From Guillardia theta CCMP2712 (Eukaryota; Protista; Cryptophyta), in NCBI RefSeq assembly GCF_000315625.1, contig NW_005434646.1, forward strand, positions 604,966 through 668,965: DNA of 64,000 bases. The letters are read 5' to 3'. The notes below the pieces were generated by a model, which worked only from the letters and a program-made list of their open reading frames with translations, made no database searches and was not told the origin of the DNA. Positions 49,110 to 61,645 of this stretch are shown piece after piece. The first letter of the stretch is position 1. Every line of letters begins with the position of its first letter. The position numbers and the translations under genes are program-made.

Positions 49110-50972
49110 CACCTGGTTGTTTAGACCTTCATCTACAATCTGACTGCCTTGCTTCGATATCCTCTCCTTGATCTGACGGATGGTGTTGGAGTAATACTGT
49201 ATCCCGCCCTCGTCCCTCCTGAAGCATCAAGCGATTGGCAAGAATCCACCCCCACCCATAGAGCAACTCACCAGGTCTGATCGCGAGCCTTCGAAGGCCT
49301 TAAACATCGACATGTCAGAGTTATTGGAGCGGTGAATCGCTTACGATGGTTGGGCGTCGCGCTTCGCTGGTTGCGAGGAACTTGCAGGTTGGGCTGGGAG
49401 TCTGTCACTTTGCATCTGGCAAGCGCACGTGAGCGGCAGGTCGACATGGCGGGTTCCGGCCTACAAGCTGCGACAAGTCGAGCCTCATGCGATGTGCGTT
49501 CTCCTCCACAAATGTGTCTTGCAGCTGATCTCGATACCCCGCACGTTGAGAGGAGAGGAGCGACAGGAGCTGCCTTGCTTGCTCCATGATCACTTGCCTC
49601 CTATCATACACCTGGCGACACGGGAGTCATCTCAATGCCGCGGGCTGCCATTTTGCTCGCCTGTGTCCCGTTGTCACCACCTGCCAACCTGTCGACTGGA
49701 GCGGAGACCTCACAAGGTGAGAGGACTTTCGATTGTTTGGGCTCCCCAATGCCGTCGGAACGATCATGACCTCCTTTCCTGTAAGATCACTGAGTTCCTC
49801 TGTTGCAGACATTTAAATTTAAATGAAGTGACTTGAACCTATCTCCCTGCTCCTTTCCTCCTTCGCTTCTTGCAGCAGGGGCTGTCAATCGTTCGTTCAG
49901 TAACCACTTTCTCAGTCATGCAGCATCTGTTAAGAAGGGATACCGTCATGCTCTCTGCCTGCGATTAGAGAAGCCGTGCTCATCTTGACCTCCAATCGAT
50001 CTAGCTTTTCCTGTTGGACACGAGGCACAACATACATGAGCACCAGCACCAGCAGGAGCAAGGGGGTGACCTCGGCCTGCCTTCGGAGGTTTCGCTCTTC
50101 CTCCAACTCTCGCCTCAAGCTCTCTATCTCTCGCTTCATGGCTTCCAACGTGCTGTCGTGCTGACCAGCTTTCAATCTGCAGAGGGTGTTGATTCCAGCA
50201 CTTCCAACCTCAGAAGAGATGGTCACATTGAAATCTGCTCCAGCAATTTCTGCTCCCGCTCCTCTGCGTCCATCCTCCTCCTCCTCTCACGCTTCATCAT
50301 GTCCTGCAACAACGTTTCTGTTTCTGCCTGCGGATGGGCCTGCTCCGGCGCCGAAGCAGGGCGCGGGGATTCACTCTTGGCGTTGGGTGACTTGGCTGAA
50401 GGAGCTATCGATCTGAGCATTTTCGTCTCAGAACAGGTGAGATCCAAGTAGAACTCTACATCACCCTTCAGACAAGGTCGTAGGGGAGGAGGAAATGGGT
50501 CTCTTGGCGTACTTCTCGGTAAAGCTTTCCATGTATCTCCTGCTGTACTCGAGACCTGGCCGCGCTCCCTTGGAAGAGGCAGAGCCGGTGAATCGATCCT
50601 CCACATTCTCATGCCGGGTGTTGACGATGGCGATTAGGGAGATGCTGCGGGGGCCCAGGTGCTCGTCCTCACGGGAGGCTTCAACCCTCACCGGCATGAA
50701 CTTCGGCCCATCGACCAGGCACCGCAAGTCTTCAGCCTTGATGCTGACGATGTCTTTCCCAGCTACACGATGAATCTTGTCCCCACATTGCAAGCCTGCT
50801 CTCGATGCCGCGCCATTCTTCTCTACTGAGATCACCTAGAGTAAGGAAGTCACTCTACACTGGGCTGTTATAATCGACTCACCCTCATGTATCCCCCATC
50901 TTGGTCCACCTCACAATACAAGCCGAGGCCTTGCCCTATCAAACGTGCAGCAATCGCATCGCAAGTCACCAT
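49110..50972 (-). CDS. PDZ-domain and coiled-coil protein (multi-exon)
   Basis: GLGL..|VISVEKNGAASRAGLQCGDKIHRVAG is a PDZ signature; coiled-coil exons follow. Both ends approximate. Confidence 0.65.
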
Positions 50973-51534
50973 CGTCACAGAAGTCTCCGAATGTCTTCCA
51001 AGTGGCCACTTAGCGTACTGGCTGATAGTTTGGTTTGATGCACTTCATTCTGCCCCTGAATGACATGAGCTTGTGAAGCTCTGATCTCCTGACCACTTGA
51101 ATGTAAGATTCGACCTGTTTATTACCATTCCTGCTCTCTTCAATTCATATACTCCTATACCCTCCTCAACATCTTTCCTCACGAAAGTTCTCTCTCCTCC
51201 GGTTTCTTTTCCGTATGGTTTCTGCTTGTTTCTTTCCTTAATCTTTCCTGCATGCTCTTTTCCCATCCGTCTTCAATAGCACAATTTTGTACTCACTTTG
51301 AATTTCTTCTCTTCTCCTTCTCTTCTCTTCCTTTTCTCTACCTCCCGTATCGATACCCATCCTTCCTCCCCACATCGCCTGGCATTAATATAAACATCTT
51401 TACCGTTCATTTCAACGGAAATGGTAACGGGAGTATGCCAATTTAAATCGATTAAATCGATTGAATCGTAGATTTATATCGATTGAGATCCATTTCAGTC
51501 TGTTTGTACCCACAGAGGAGGGACATTTGATACA

Positions 51535-51800
51535 AGGGGTGGGGTGGGGTGGGGTGGGGTGAGATCAAGTGATCAGAGCATAGGGTAATGAGGGGTGGGT
51601 GGTTGGAATTTGCGTGGGGTATGTTGACAAGAGGGGTAGTTCATATATCATTTGGGGCGGTGCGTGGTTTGGTGACCCGAAAAGGGGTATGAGGGGGTAG
51701 GGGTAACGAACATGGGTAGGGGGTTGCCTCTGAGGGAGAGGACTATGGATGGGTAGGGGTATGTTTTACAGGTAGAGGGGGTAGGGTATCTAAAGGAAGC
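51535..51800 (+). promoter_or_regulatory. G-tract (GGGGT/GGGTAGGG)-rich upstream island, one of several
   Basis: Dense GGGGT/GGGTA motifs directly 5' of HscB, with similar islands upstream of other genes. Function inferred only. Confidence 0.35.
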
Positions 51801-52942
51801 ATGGCCGGGACGCAGTTGGTGAAGGAGATGATGCGAGGAGGAGGAGGAGGAGGGCGGGTGGTGAAGGCGATGAAGGTGAACGTGACGCGACGAGGAAGAC
51901 AAGTCCCCTCTCGTGGATGTGAGCTGCTGTCGTTGAGCAACAGCTTCTGCTCATCACGAGCGACCCTGGCAAGGCACGAGGCGCAGATGTGGCCCTTTGG
52001 GGCTGTGCGGGCATGGAGCATGGTTCATGGTCGCTGCTTGTCTGCAGTGGCGCAGGAGAACCGGAAGGTTGTTGAAGAGCTGAAGGTAAAGAAGCATGCG
52101 TCTCCGCATTCGAACGAGACGAGCTGCGCGACGCCATGTTCCACGGGATGCCCTGTGGTCTTGGCCCAGGAGCTCAATTGCTGGAACTGTGGGATGTCGC
52201 GGAATCATGGTCGCTGTGCCGAGCATATGTTCTGCGGTTCCTGCGGAGCCATGCAACCGCCGGCACCCGATTGCAACTACTTCGAGCTGCTTGGGATCGC
52301 AGAGGAAACATTTGACATCGACGTGCGGGTTCTCGAGCAGCAGTACAAGCAACTGATGATACAGCTTCATCCCGATAAGTACATGCAGAAGAGCCTGAGA
52401 GAGCAGGAGTTGTCCGCGGTGAGTGCTCGAGTTGGTCCTGTGCTTCATGGCAGGCTCTTGTAACCCATGATCCAGGCTCAAAGCTCGGTGGTGAACATTG
52501 CCTACGGAACCTTGAGATGTCCGCATGCACGGGCTGTGTACATGCTGAGGAGGTTGGGCCATAACTTTGATGAACACACGTCGGAGAGCAACCCGGAGTT
52601 CTTGATGGAGGTTCTGCATGGCTGCTGCATGAGCGATGGATCTGACGTTGCGTTGCCAGGTGATGGAAGTGTGCAGCGAGATCGATGAGAATGCGAGGAA
52701 CCAGGAGAAGCTGTGCAAGATCAGAGACGGGTGAGCTCCTTGTGCTGCAAGACCTTGTGTTGTCTAACTCCTCTCTTCCTCTCCTGTCCAGGTTCTACAA
52801 GCCCACCATGGACACGTTATGCCGTGAGGCGACGGCCGCGTTTGCTAAGAGAGACGTTGAAGCAGCTCTGGTCACCACCTCCAAGTTGCAGTACTTGAAG
52901 CGGATGAAGCAGATGCTGCATCATTCCATCGATGTAGAGTAG
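51801..52942 (+). CDS. HSCB: Mitochondrial Fe-S cluster co-chaperone HscB/HSC20 (Jac1)
   Basis: CWNCG..FCGSCG tetracysteine motif; J-domain NYFELLG..LHPDK; SSVVNIAYGTL; PEFLMEVME; KLQYLKR. Confidence 0.93.
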
Positions 52943-53192
52943 ATGAGCATAGACAGCAAGGACGTGCCGACTACAGCTGCAACTGAGAGCTGGGAGGAGC
53001 GAAACTTGCATGTTTACAAACAACCTTTGTTTTCTTTCAATGTACACGATTGACACGAGCATCAACGAGGTCAGTGAGGAGGAGAAGGGAGATGAGGCAA
53101 CGACATGAGCTTCTTGGGTGCTGCTTGAGGAGACATCAACAAGACGTGCTGCCCTCCTCCCTTGTTGTCGGGAGAGAGCAGCAGCGCCGTCT

Positions 53193-53755
53193 CTACGTCC
53201 ATCCGCGAGGCAGGAGGAGACTTGGAAAGGAAGCGCTTTCTTGCCGAGTCAGTGAGCTGCTCATGGATGGTCGAGACCTGCCACCTCCATCACTCGCTGT
53301 GCTCGTAGTTGGTCTCCTCACCTTCTCCTCGATGCCTTTCTTCCACTCCGCAAGAACTTCTCGAGATTGCGCACGGGAGAGGCCGCGGTTAGTCGGGCTC
53401 CTGCTGGACGGGCTCCGCATGATGGGAGAAGAGACCTCGAGCTGGCTCGAGTCGACTTGGCTTCTGTTGGGACTGGAGGAGGAGCGGTACACCAGGGAGG
53501 ACGAACGAGCAGCTGCTGCTCCTCGCTCTTGCTGCCAGAGTCTCTTCCTCGCCCTCGCCTGGTGGCATCGGTAGGAGGATTGCAAGATGATGGCCTTCCT
53601 TTCGGCTAGAATGGCTGGGGGAGGGAGGGAGGTATCAGCCGCACAAGGCAGGAGAGAGGAGGCGTACCTTCGAAGAAGACGCTCGTGTCCATGCAAACTT
53701 GTGCTTCATCATAATCCTTCTCGATGTCGCAGACGAGCCGGGGGGACCTCGAGAC

Positions 53756-53792
<37 letters not shown>

Positions 53793-55823
53793 GAGCCTGC
53801 TGTTGCCTCCTCTTCTCCCTTCCCGCCAAGGATGATCTCCTCGTCATCCTGTGTCGGCAGGATCTTCCAGGACGTGCGCACGCTGACGTCATCTGCTCTG
53901 TGGGCGTCCGCTGTTACCTCCACCACCTGGAGTCCGCAGGCAGACAGCAGCTGGTTCTGTCGGGCGGGTCAGGGGGGAACATCAGGAGGCAGCTGCACTC
54001 ACCGGCTGGTCGTTGACAAGCGACTGGTCGACGGAGTCGTTGAGCCAGAGGGACCGACGGACTTCTGGCATGCAGAAATCACTCGCACATGACGCGCGGC
54101 AGCACCTCCTCACCTCCCATGCATGTGGCAATCATGCTGTCGTCCACCGCCGCCTTCCCCTGTAGCACATCAGGTCGGGGTCGGTTGACGGGACCGGCAC
54201 GACGGGCTTACCATTCGCTTCGCCTCTCGCACCAGATACCTCTCGGGAGAACACATTGTCCACATGATCTTGTTCCAATGTCTGCCAACGAACCTCACTG
54301 GCTCTCTTAACCTCGAAGACGAGACCTCAGGATTCGCCGAGTCAGCTGATTGCACAACGTCTTGTCGTAAGAGCTTCTTGCGATGTGAGCTCGAGTCTGC
54401 CGCACGTCATCCTCTCAACCACCCCTGGTCATGCACACCTGAGACTGGAGGATCGTGATGGCTGCTGCTCTCCTTCTCCTTTCCTTGTCGATAGTCTGGC
54501 TGCGCAGACAGTCACTGCCAGGACCAGAAGCACGATGCTCTTCTTACACAGCCGAGTGTCGTCGTATCGACGTCTGCAAGCGACAAGCAGCAAGGGCTTG
54601 TAACCTGCAGCTGGTCAGCCGGGGGGGAGCGGGAGGGCATCGAAAGAGCCTGTTGAGATAGTCTCTTGAGATGGAGGTGAACTCGCTGGCCCGGAACTTT
54701 GACAAGCATGAGAAGAGAAAGGCAGAGACGCGACTAGTCACCTCGAGGAAAGAAGTAGCGCGGGTGAGATGCCGCTTGTTCAATCTGACGAACTTCCTCG
54801 ACCAGTGGCCGCGAAGAGTTTTCTAGAAGCAGTCAAGCAAAGAACGGCTCTCAGGAGTGAGAGGTAGAGGAGTGAGAGGTAGATCACCTGTATCTTGATG
54901 GCGGCAGAGATCTCAGCAGAAGAACACTTGTTCCTCTTACTTCTGTAACATCCAGTCATGTTGATCAACCCGGACCAGACGTGCCAACATCACATGGCAG
55001 CACAGAACTTTCGGAGAGCCCTGACGATTTTCCTTGAAGCGAAGTGCTCCACCACCAGCATCCTCCTGCAAGATCTTGTTCAGACCACTTTGACCTTGAA
55101 CGCTCTCCTCCACCTCTCTCTGGGTGCCAGTGAGAAAACCTTGGCTCCATAGATGGAGAGCATGACGCGGCTGTCTGCCATGGCCTGCAGACGGCAAGTT
55201 CAGCTTGGCCTCAAATCTGACGACCTAGCGATCTGCGTCACCTGCTCCTCGACAGGAAACAGCTCCCCTCTCGCTCGCCTTGTCCGCAGCAACCAGCCCC
55301 TACACCCTCACCATCACCAGTAGACAGCGGCCCCCTCCCTCCTGCCCTCACCTGACGCACTTCTGTATCAAGATGACAGCTTTCTGATCTTCACTCGACA
55401 TGATCGGGTGGTCCAACAGCTGATTGATGGTCTCGCACACCGACACGACATCTGTCCTCCTAGCTCAGCACAGCATGCACTGCCGTCAGGACTACCTCTC
55501 TTCGCGCGATTGATCCACGTGGATTGAATGGCTTCATACGTAGCTTCCTTGTCGACCTTGCAGAACTTTCCTGCAGTTGTCCCCTTCGTCGCTTCTTCCC
55601 TGTCAGAATAAACCGTCTGGGTCGAGGATTTCCCCTTGGAGGGAGCTCTCTGCGGGTTCAACTCAGCACTCTCGGATGTTCTCCCGTCAGTTAGAGCGAG
55701 CTCACGCTGATTCTTTCCTTCGTTGTCAAGTTGTACTTCAACACGTAATCCTTGACTGGTCAACAAGCTCAGGCGACAAAGCACTGAGAAATGCACCGTA
55801 CCTCCCGACTCCTTCCATAACAA
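53193..55823 (-). CDS. Hypothetical low-complexity protein with IQ-like motifs (multi-exon)
   Basis: AAIKIQ and KAIILQSSYRCHQAR motifs, poly-Q and regular short introns. Boundaries poorly defined. Confidence 0.45.
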
Positions 55824-56410
55824 TTGCAGAGCTTGGAGATCACATCACGAGCGTCAGGTGAGTGGGAGAAGAAGCATCGTGTTCACCTTGCTCGGTCTCC
55901 TTGTTTGACTTGGACGACAAGGCAGCTTCTGTCTTGCGATGCTTTATCGACATGGGTTCCTGTCTCAGATGCCGCGCCGAACGCTCAGGACAGCACAGAT
56001 GACAAGAGTTATATATCTCCTGCTCCAAGCGAACATCTTCCTTCTCCTCCTCCTTCTCCTCCTCCTCCTCCTCCTTCTCTCAATCAGGCTGTGTCATCCT
56101 GGTCTTGTCTTCCCCAGGCTCCTCAAGAAGACGTGGATACAGCGGCAGCCTTGCGAAGAAGTCTGGAGCGAGGGGAGAGGAAGGACAGATCAGACAGTGA
56201 GAGGGAGGGAGGAGGAGGAGGGAGGAGGGAGGAGTTCACCGAGGGGATGCATCGGCTGATCGATGTAACTCTCCGCCATTAAATCGGCTGTACTGGGTGG
56301 GTGGTTTGAAGGATGTGAAAGGGGTACACTTGGCTTGTCCGGCTGGGGTGGGGTGGTAGAGGTGGAGAGCTGGGTGGGGTGGTGGGCGTTGATAGGGAAA
56401 TCCCTGGCCA

Positions 56411-58486
56411 ATGCAGGCGAGACTTGCGCAGGTGCGAGCGACTTACGAGGGAGCAGGACAAGCGCATGTGCTGCGACATGTCGAGAAACTTTCAGAGGTG
56501 AGACAAGAGGAGGAGGCGCCTGCCTTGCTGCCCGTGCCATGCAAGCCCAACCAGACGGCTCTGAGAGCTTCGCTCTATTACAGGCTGAGCTGGCAAGCCT
56601 GGTGGAGCAGTTGGAGCAGATCGATGTGAAGCGCGTCCTCGAGACGTACAAGCTCTCCGTGCAAGATGCTTCCAACACCAGCAAGCTCTCAATGGTCGAC
56701 CCGCTCCCTGAAGTGGCGAACTTCTCTCGCCTGTCAGCACAGATGCGCAGTGACTACGTCAGCAAGGGACTGTCGTTGATCAACTCGGGGAAGGTTGGAT
56801 ACTTGCTCCTGGCAGGGGGGCAAGGGACGCGACTGGGCACGACAGAGCCCAAGGGATGCTACGACATAGGGCTGCCGTCGAAGAAGTCCCTCTTCCAGCT
56901 GATGGCCGAGAGGCTGACGAGGCTGCGGGAGATCAGCGGGAGGGAGGCTCCCCCCATCCCCTGGTACGTGATGACTAGCCCGATGACAGACGAGCAGACG
57001 AGATCCTTCTTTGTGAAGCACAACTTCTTCGGGCTGAAGGCGGCCGATGTCTTCTTCTTCCAGCAGGGCACGCTCCCCTGCCTCGACCTCTCCGGGAACA
57101 TCCTCATGGAGTCGACGAGTCAGGTAGAGCCAACTATGTAGATTCCTTTCAATCCTTCGACAGCCTGTTCAGGGATGGGATGACGCGACGTGCAGGTTGC
57201 AAGGGCTCCTGATGGCAACGGCGGTATCTATCGTGCGCTGAAGAGCTCAGGAGCCTTGAAGGACATGCGGGATCGCGGCGTGAGCTACGTACATTGCAGC
57301 TCTGTAGACAATGCTCTCGTCCTTCCCGCAGATCCGCTCTTCATCGGTGAGAAACTTATCACTGTATCTGATCCAGTCTGCCCCTCCTCTTCCTCGCCAT
57401 GCTGGTGAAATGTTTGACCTAATGCCGCCGATGATCGAAGAGAGTGGATCCACGAATTTGGAATTGCACTTACACGGTTGTTGTAGGATACTGCATCGAA
57501 AAGAATGCTGATTGTGGAGCTAAGGTGCATGATACAACTCCGATTGTCAAAGAAGCTGAAGTGTTTTGCAGGTTGTTGCCAAAGCTGGACCTGATGAAGC
57601 CGTTGGTGTCCTCTGCGCTGCCGGTTTGCACCCCGTTGGTTGATCTGGCGAACATGACGGAGGGCGCAGAAGAGGGAGGAGCCAAGGTTGTGGAGTACAG
57701 CGAGATCTCACAGGAGGCAGCGCGAGAGATCGATCCTTCCACAGGGGCGCTGAGGTTAAACGCGGGGAACATTTGTGAGTGAAGGAGGAAGGCGAGCTCG
57801 GAGAGATGACTCTGTTTGCAGGCAATCATTTCTACACTGTTGACTTCCTTGACATGGCTGCTGAGCTGTTGACTCCCTATCACATCGCCAAGAAGAAGAT
57901 CCCCTGTATCGATGAAACGGGTGAGGATCCTTTCTCCTCCTCTCCTCCGCTGAGCTCGCCCAGGCCAACACGTCACCCCGCAAGTAAACAACGGCATCAA
58001 GCTCGAGCAATTCATCTTTGACTGCTTCCCTCACAGCAAATCGTTTGCGTGCGCAGAGGTCCGTGCCTCGTGCCCTCTCCTCGAGCTGAACCTTCATGCA
58101 CCGTCAGGTCATCCGTGAGGAAGAGTTTGGCCCCGTGAAGAATGCTCCCGGCAAGCGACTAGAGCCCTGATGCCTCCTGCTGACCTGTCCTCAGGATCCT
58201 CCGTGGACTCTCCCGACACTGCTCGTGCTCTCTTGCTCAATCTTGGGCGCAAGTACGTGCAAGAAGCAGGTGGGAAGATCGAGGGCGACGGGCCTGTAGA
58301 GGTGTCGCCGCTCCTCTCCTACAGGTTCTTGCCCCTCCTGATCTTGCATTCAGCGATTGAGGGGACAATGGCAGGGGCGAAGGTCTAGAGGAGGCCTGCA
58401 AGGGCAAGACCATCACGGCGCCGACCATCCTGACTGGGTTGGGTGAGGTCGGGGGATCGAGGAAGCGGCAGGTTGAAGACCAGTAG
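56411..58486 (+). CDS. UAP1: UDP-N-acetylglucosamine pyrophosphorylase
   Basis: [67 protein letters not shown]. One GC donor at 58151. Confidence 0.96.
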
Positions 58487-58888
58487 GAGGATGCGGAATG
58501 TCTTTCCGTCGCGGCTTCATGCTTGCGCTGATCCTCATGAGGTAGGAGAGAGTCTCACCACTGGGCTGCTTATACCCATGAAATTCTTCTCTTTCTGCTT
58601 CCTCGTACCATCTCCTCGTTCTTGCTGGCTGCATCAATCAACTGGGCAATGTCGTCTGCCATGGCATTGCATGTGTTCGAGCATTGTCGGTTCTCCCTCC
58701 ACTTTGCTTGCACTACTAGATGAGTTGAGACGCGCGGAGCAAGAGTTCGGTTGTGTGGGATGGCCAGCAGAAGAGAACAGGGGAGGGGAGGAGAAGGGAA
58801 GGGCAGAGAAGGCTCCTCGTCTACACATGAAACTAGAGACGGGGAGAGGTAACCATCTATCAAGAGGATCAAGGTGCGGGGTATGAGC

Positions 58889-58985
<97 letters not shown>
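58889..58985. repeat. (CAG)n microsatellite
   Basis: Visible tandem array. Confidence 0.95.
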
Positions 58986-58986
<1 letters not shown>

Positions 58987-59082
58987 TCGAGAAGCGTGGA
59001 GCACAACTGGGAGCACAAGCAGGAGCACAAGTTTGTGGCTGTGGTCTGCCAACTTACGCGGTCATGCTACTTTATAGAAGGG

Positions 59083-60696
59083 ATGGTGGCGGCCAGGGGG
59101 AGGCGGTCGGGGAGGATGGGGAGAGCGCCGTGTGCATTCGGTTGTCTCGTCCTGTTTCAGGTTCTCCTCGGCATGCTGATGGAGGTACGGCTCTCTCAGA
59201 TGCGATCATGGTTCGAAGATCCCAACCTCGCGCTCTCGGAATGGTTCTTCACCTCGCCTGATAAATTTGAGAATGTGCGGATGATGCGGAGGAGGGCGGG
59301 CGGCGCCATGGCGCTGGCGAAGTACAGCTGCACGTCAGTCCATGGAAGCCTTGTCGCTGACCCGCTGACCCCCAGCCCGTCGCGCTTCTGCTTGAATGGC
59401 AGCTACAGTTGGGGAAGATGTAGTGAGGGGCGGTTTCTGTGCCTGACAACAGCAAGGGAGCATTGCTTGCGTTCGTTACGCAAATCTTCAGGCCTCTTTG
59501 ACCGCCTCATGTTCTATCTCTTTGCTAGAAAGGACTGCGAGCTGTTGACGGGCTGCCGAGAGGTTGCAAGCAAGTACGGCAAGGTTGAGCACACCAAACA
59601 AGTCCCGACCTGCTTTAGGGAAGAGGTGCGGTACGCCTGCAGGAAGATGGACAAAGTTTGCTACATAGAACAAGGGGAAGTGAAACGGCTGGAGGATCTA
59701 TGCTTGAGCTGGGAGGAGTCTGTCTCGTCCTGCGTTCCGGGGAACCAACGGCTCTGCCCCACTGCTCCTCCCGCCAACGTCAGCTCGGCAAGAGCGAAAG
59801 GCGAGGAGAAGAGTGCTTCGGAGGGTGGTCGGCCCAGCCTCTGCACTTACAAGGAGGCAATCTCAGCAGCTGAGTTGAGAGGAAAGAGGAGGAGCGTGCT
59901 GATGCGATGGGACGGGAGGATGTGTAACCACATGATCCAATACCTCTACGCTCGCTTGCTCGCAGACACCCATGGGTATGGCTTGCGCGTCCTTCATGAC
60001 TTTGGGTTACTCAAGCAATGTCCCGGCATCACGTTTGACCCTGTTGATGACGAGGATCGCGCATACATCCCCGTTGAGAACGGGCTGTGGAACCAGAACT
60101 ACCTCTTCTTCGCGTCGTCCAGAGAGCTGGCATGGCAAATCTTTGTCGGAAGAGAGAAGAAGTTTGTTCCCAACATGATCGTTGTGCACTTCCGCCGTCT
60201 TGAAGTAGATTATGGTACACCGATCCGAAATCCGCCATTGACTTACTACACTTCTATACTCGACAAGCTGACGACTCCGGAGAGCAACCTGTGGATAGTC
60301 ACAGAGCCGGATCAGGAGAGGAACCCTGTAGTCCAGCACCTCGTACAGCATTATGGCGGGACCATACACGGTCAGAGTCCGTACCTCGACTTTCTCCTGG
60401 GGTTGCATGCCGAGTATTTCATTGGGTCTGAGGGAACTTTCTCTTGGATGATCGCGTTCCTTTTCCTGGGCAAGAAGTTTTTCCTTTCCTACGATCCGGA
60501 CATCTGCCAGGGCTCCGTCTGGTATCCGCTGCACCATCTCTTTATCCATGATGACCCGAGGGCGTTCTACCTTCGCACAGATAACCTGTCGACAGCCTTG
60601 ACGGCTGCTCAGGTCCTGAGCGAGGGCTCGAAGTTTTCAAGGTGCGTCAGTGAGCGAACTGATCAAGGTGCTCCCTGGGCCCATCCTGTTCGTTGA
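59083..60696 (+). CDS. GT11-like (alpha-1,2-fucosyltransferase-like) type II membrane protein with Cys-rich stem, intronless
   Basis: N-terminal TM segment. GRMCNHMIQY resembles GRLGNQMFQY, VVHFRR resembles VHVRRGD, and FIGSEGTFSWMIAFL resembles NSTFSWWAAYL. Confidence 0.75.
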   Translation: MVAARGRRSGRMGRAPCAFGCLVLFQVLLGMLMEVRLSQMRSWFEDPNLALSEWFFTSPDKFENVRMMRRRAGGAMALAKYSCTSVHGSLVADPLTPSPSRFCLNGSYSWGRCSEGRFLCLTTAREHCLRSLRKSSGLFDRLMFYLFARKDCELLTGCREVASKYGKVEHTKQVPTCFREEVRYACRKMDKVCYIEQGEVKRLEDLCLSWEESVSSCVPGNQRLCPTAPPANVSSARAKGEEKSASEGGRPSLCTYKEAISAAELRGKRRSVLMRWDGRMCNHMIQYLYARLLADTHGYGLRVLHDFGLLKQCPGITFDPVDDEDRAYIPVENGLWNQNYLFFASSRELAWQIFVGREKKFVPNMIVVHFRRLEVDYGTPIRNPPLTYYTSILDKLTTPESNLWIVTEPDQERNPVVQHLVQHYGGTIHGQSPYLDFLLGLHAEYFIGSEGTFSWMIAFLFLGKKFFLSYDPDICQGSVWYPLHHLFIHDDPRAFYLRTDNLSTALTAAQVLSEGSKFSRCVSERTDQGAPWAHPVR

Positions 60697-60749
60697 AGTG
60701 CACGTTCCCAGTCAGCGATGTGCACCAGCAGCCCCAGCCTCTGAACAGC

Positions 60750-60863
60750 AGAAGAAGAAGAAGAAGAAGAAGAAGAAGAAGAAGAAGAAGAAGAAGAAGA
60801 AGAAGAAGAAGAAGAAGAAGAAGAAGAAGAACATCAAGAAGAAGAACATCAAGAAGAAGAAGA
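60750..60863. repeat. (AAG)n microsatellite
   Basis: Visible tandem array. Confidence 0.95.
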
Positions 60864-61456
60864 ATATGGTCTAAGCGACGGTGAAGTTGGACTGTCTCTC
60901 ATTCTCAAGGACGTCTGTGCGTCCCATCCATATGGACTTGGAGGCAACAGAGATGAAAGGACTGAAGCTCTTGCTCTGCACTCAGTTAACGAGATGTGAT
61001 GGAACGAAGATGCCGGCAAAAGAGCTCGAATGAAGGCCAGGGGAGGAGGCAAGTGGGAGGTCGATGATAATCAGCCGAAGGACAAGGCAAATTTCAGTAG
61101 GTTCGAAAGGAGGGTCATCTTAAACAGGTCAGGGTAGAAATGAATGATCTCGATGTTTTCACGTCAGAGATTCATGTAGATCTCTCCCCTCTCTCCCGCT
61201 CCGGGCCTCCCTCCCCCTCCCTCCCTCCCTCTCTCTCTCCCTCTCCCTCCCTCCCTCCCTCCCTCTCTCTCCCTCCCTCCCTCTCTCCCTCTCTCCTCCA
61301 ACACTGTCAAGTCTTCAAGTTCGTGCTGGTCACAATCAGGGCCCCTTCACTTGTCTATTGAAAGTTCGCTATCCTGAGGCAGACCCGTTGGACTTCGTGT
61401 TGCGCCTCAAGCGATAACAGTGGGGTCGCCATGGCGACTTCCAGGTTGATGGCAGG

Positions 61457-61515
61457 TGAGAGGAGAGGAGAGAGGAGAGAGGAGAGAGGAGAGAGGAGAG
61501 AGGAGAGAGGAGAGG
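61457..61515. repeat. (GAGAG)n-type purine microsatellite
   Basis: Visible tandem array. Confidence 0.85.
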
Positions 61516-61645
61516 GAGCAGAGAAGAAAGATGATTTTTGCGGGCGGGGGTGGAAGAGGATTACATGCAGAGGCTTTGATGTTGTGCAAGAGCAGAGGCG
61601 TGATATTGCCCCTTGCTTCACCTTGCCTGACGTACGTTGGCAGCC

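Noticed and set aside
58570-59077. Poly-Ala ORFs on both strands
   Set aside because: Products of the (CAG)n repeat with no other coding evidence
60650-60884. Poly-Lys and poly-Arg ORFs
   Set aside because: (AAG)n microsatellite downstream of the GT11-like stop
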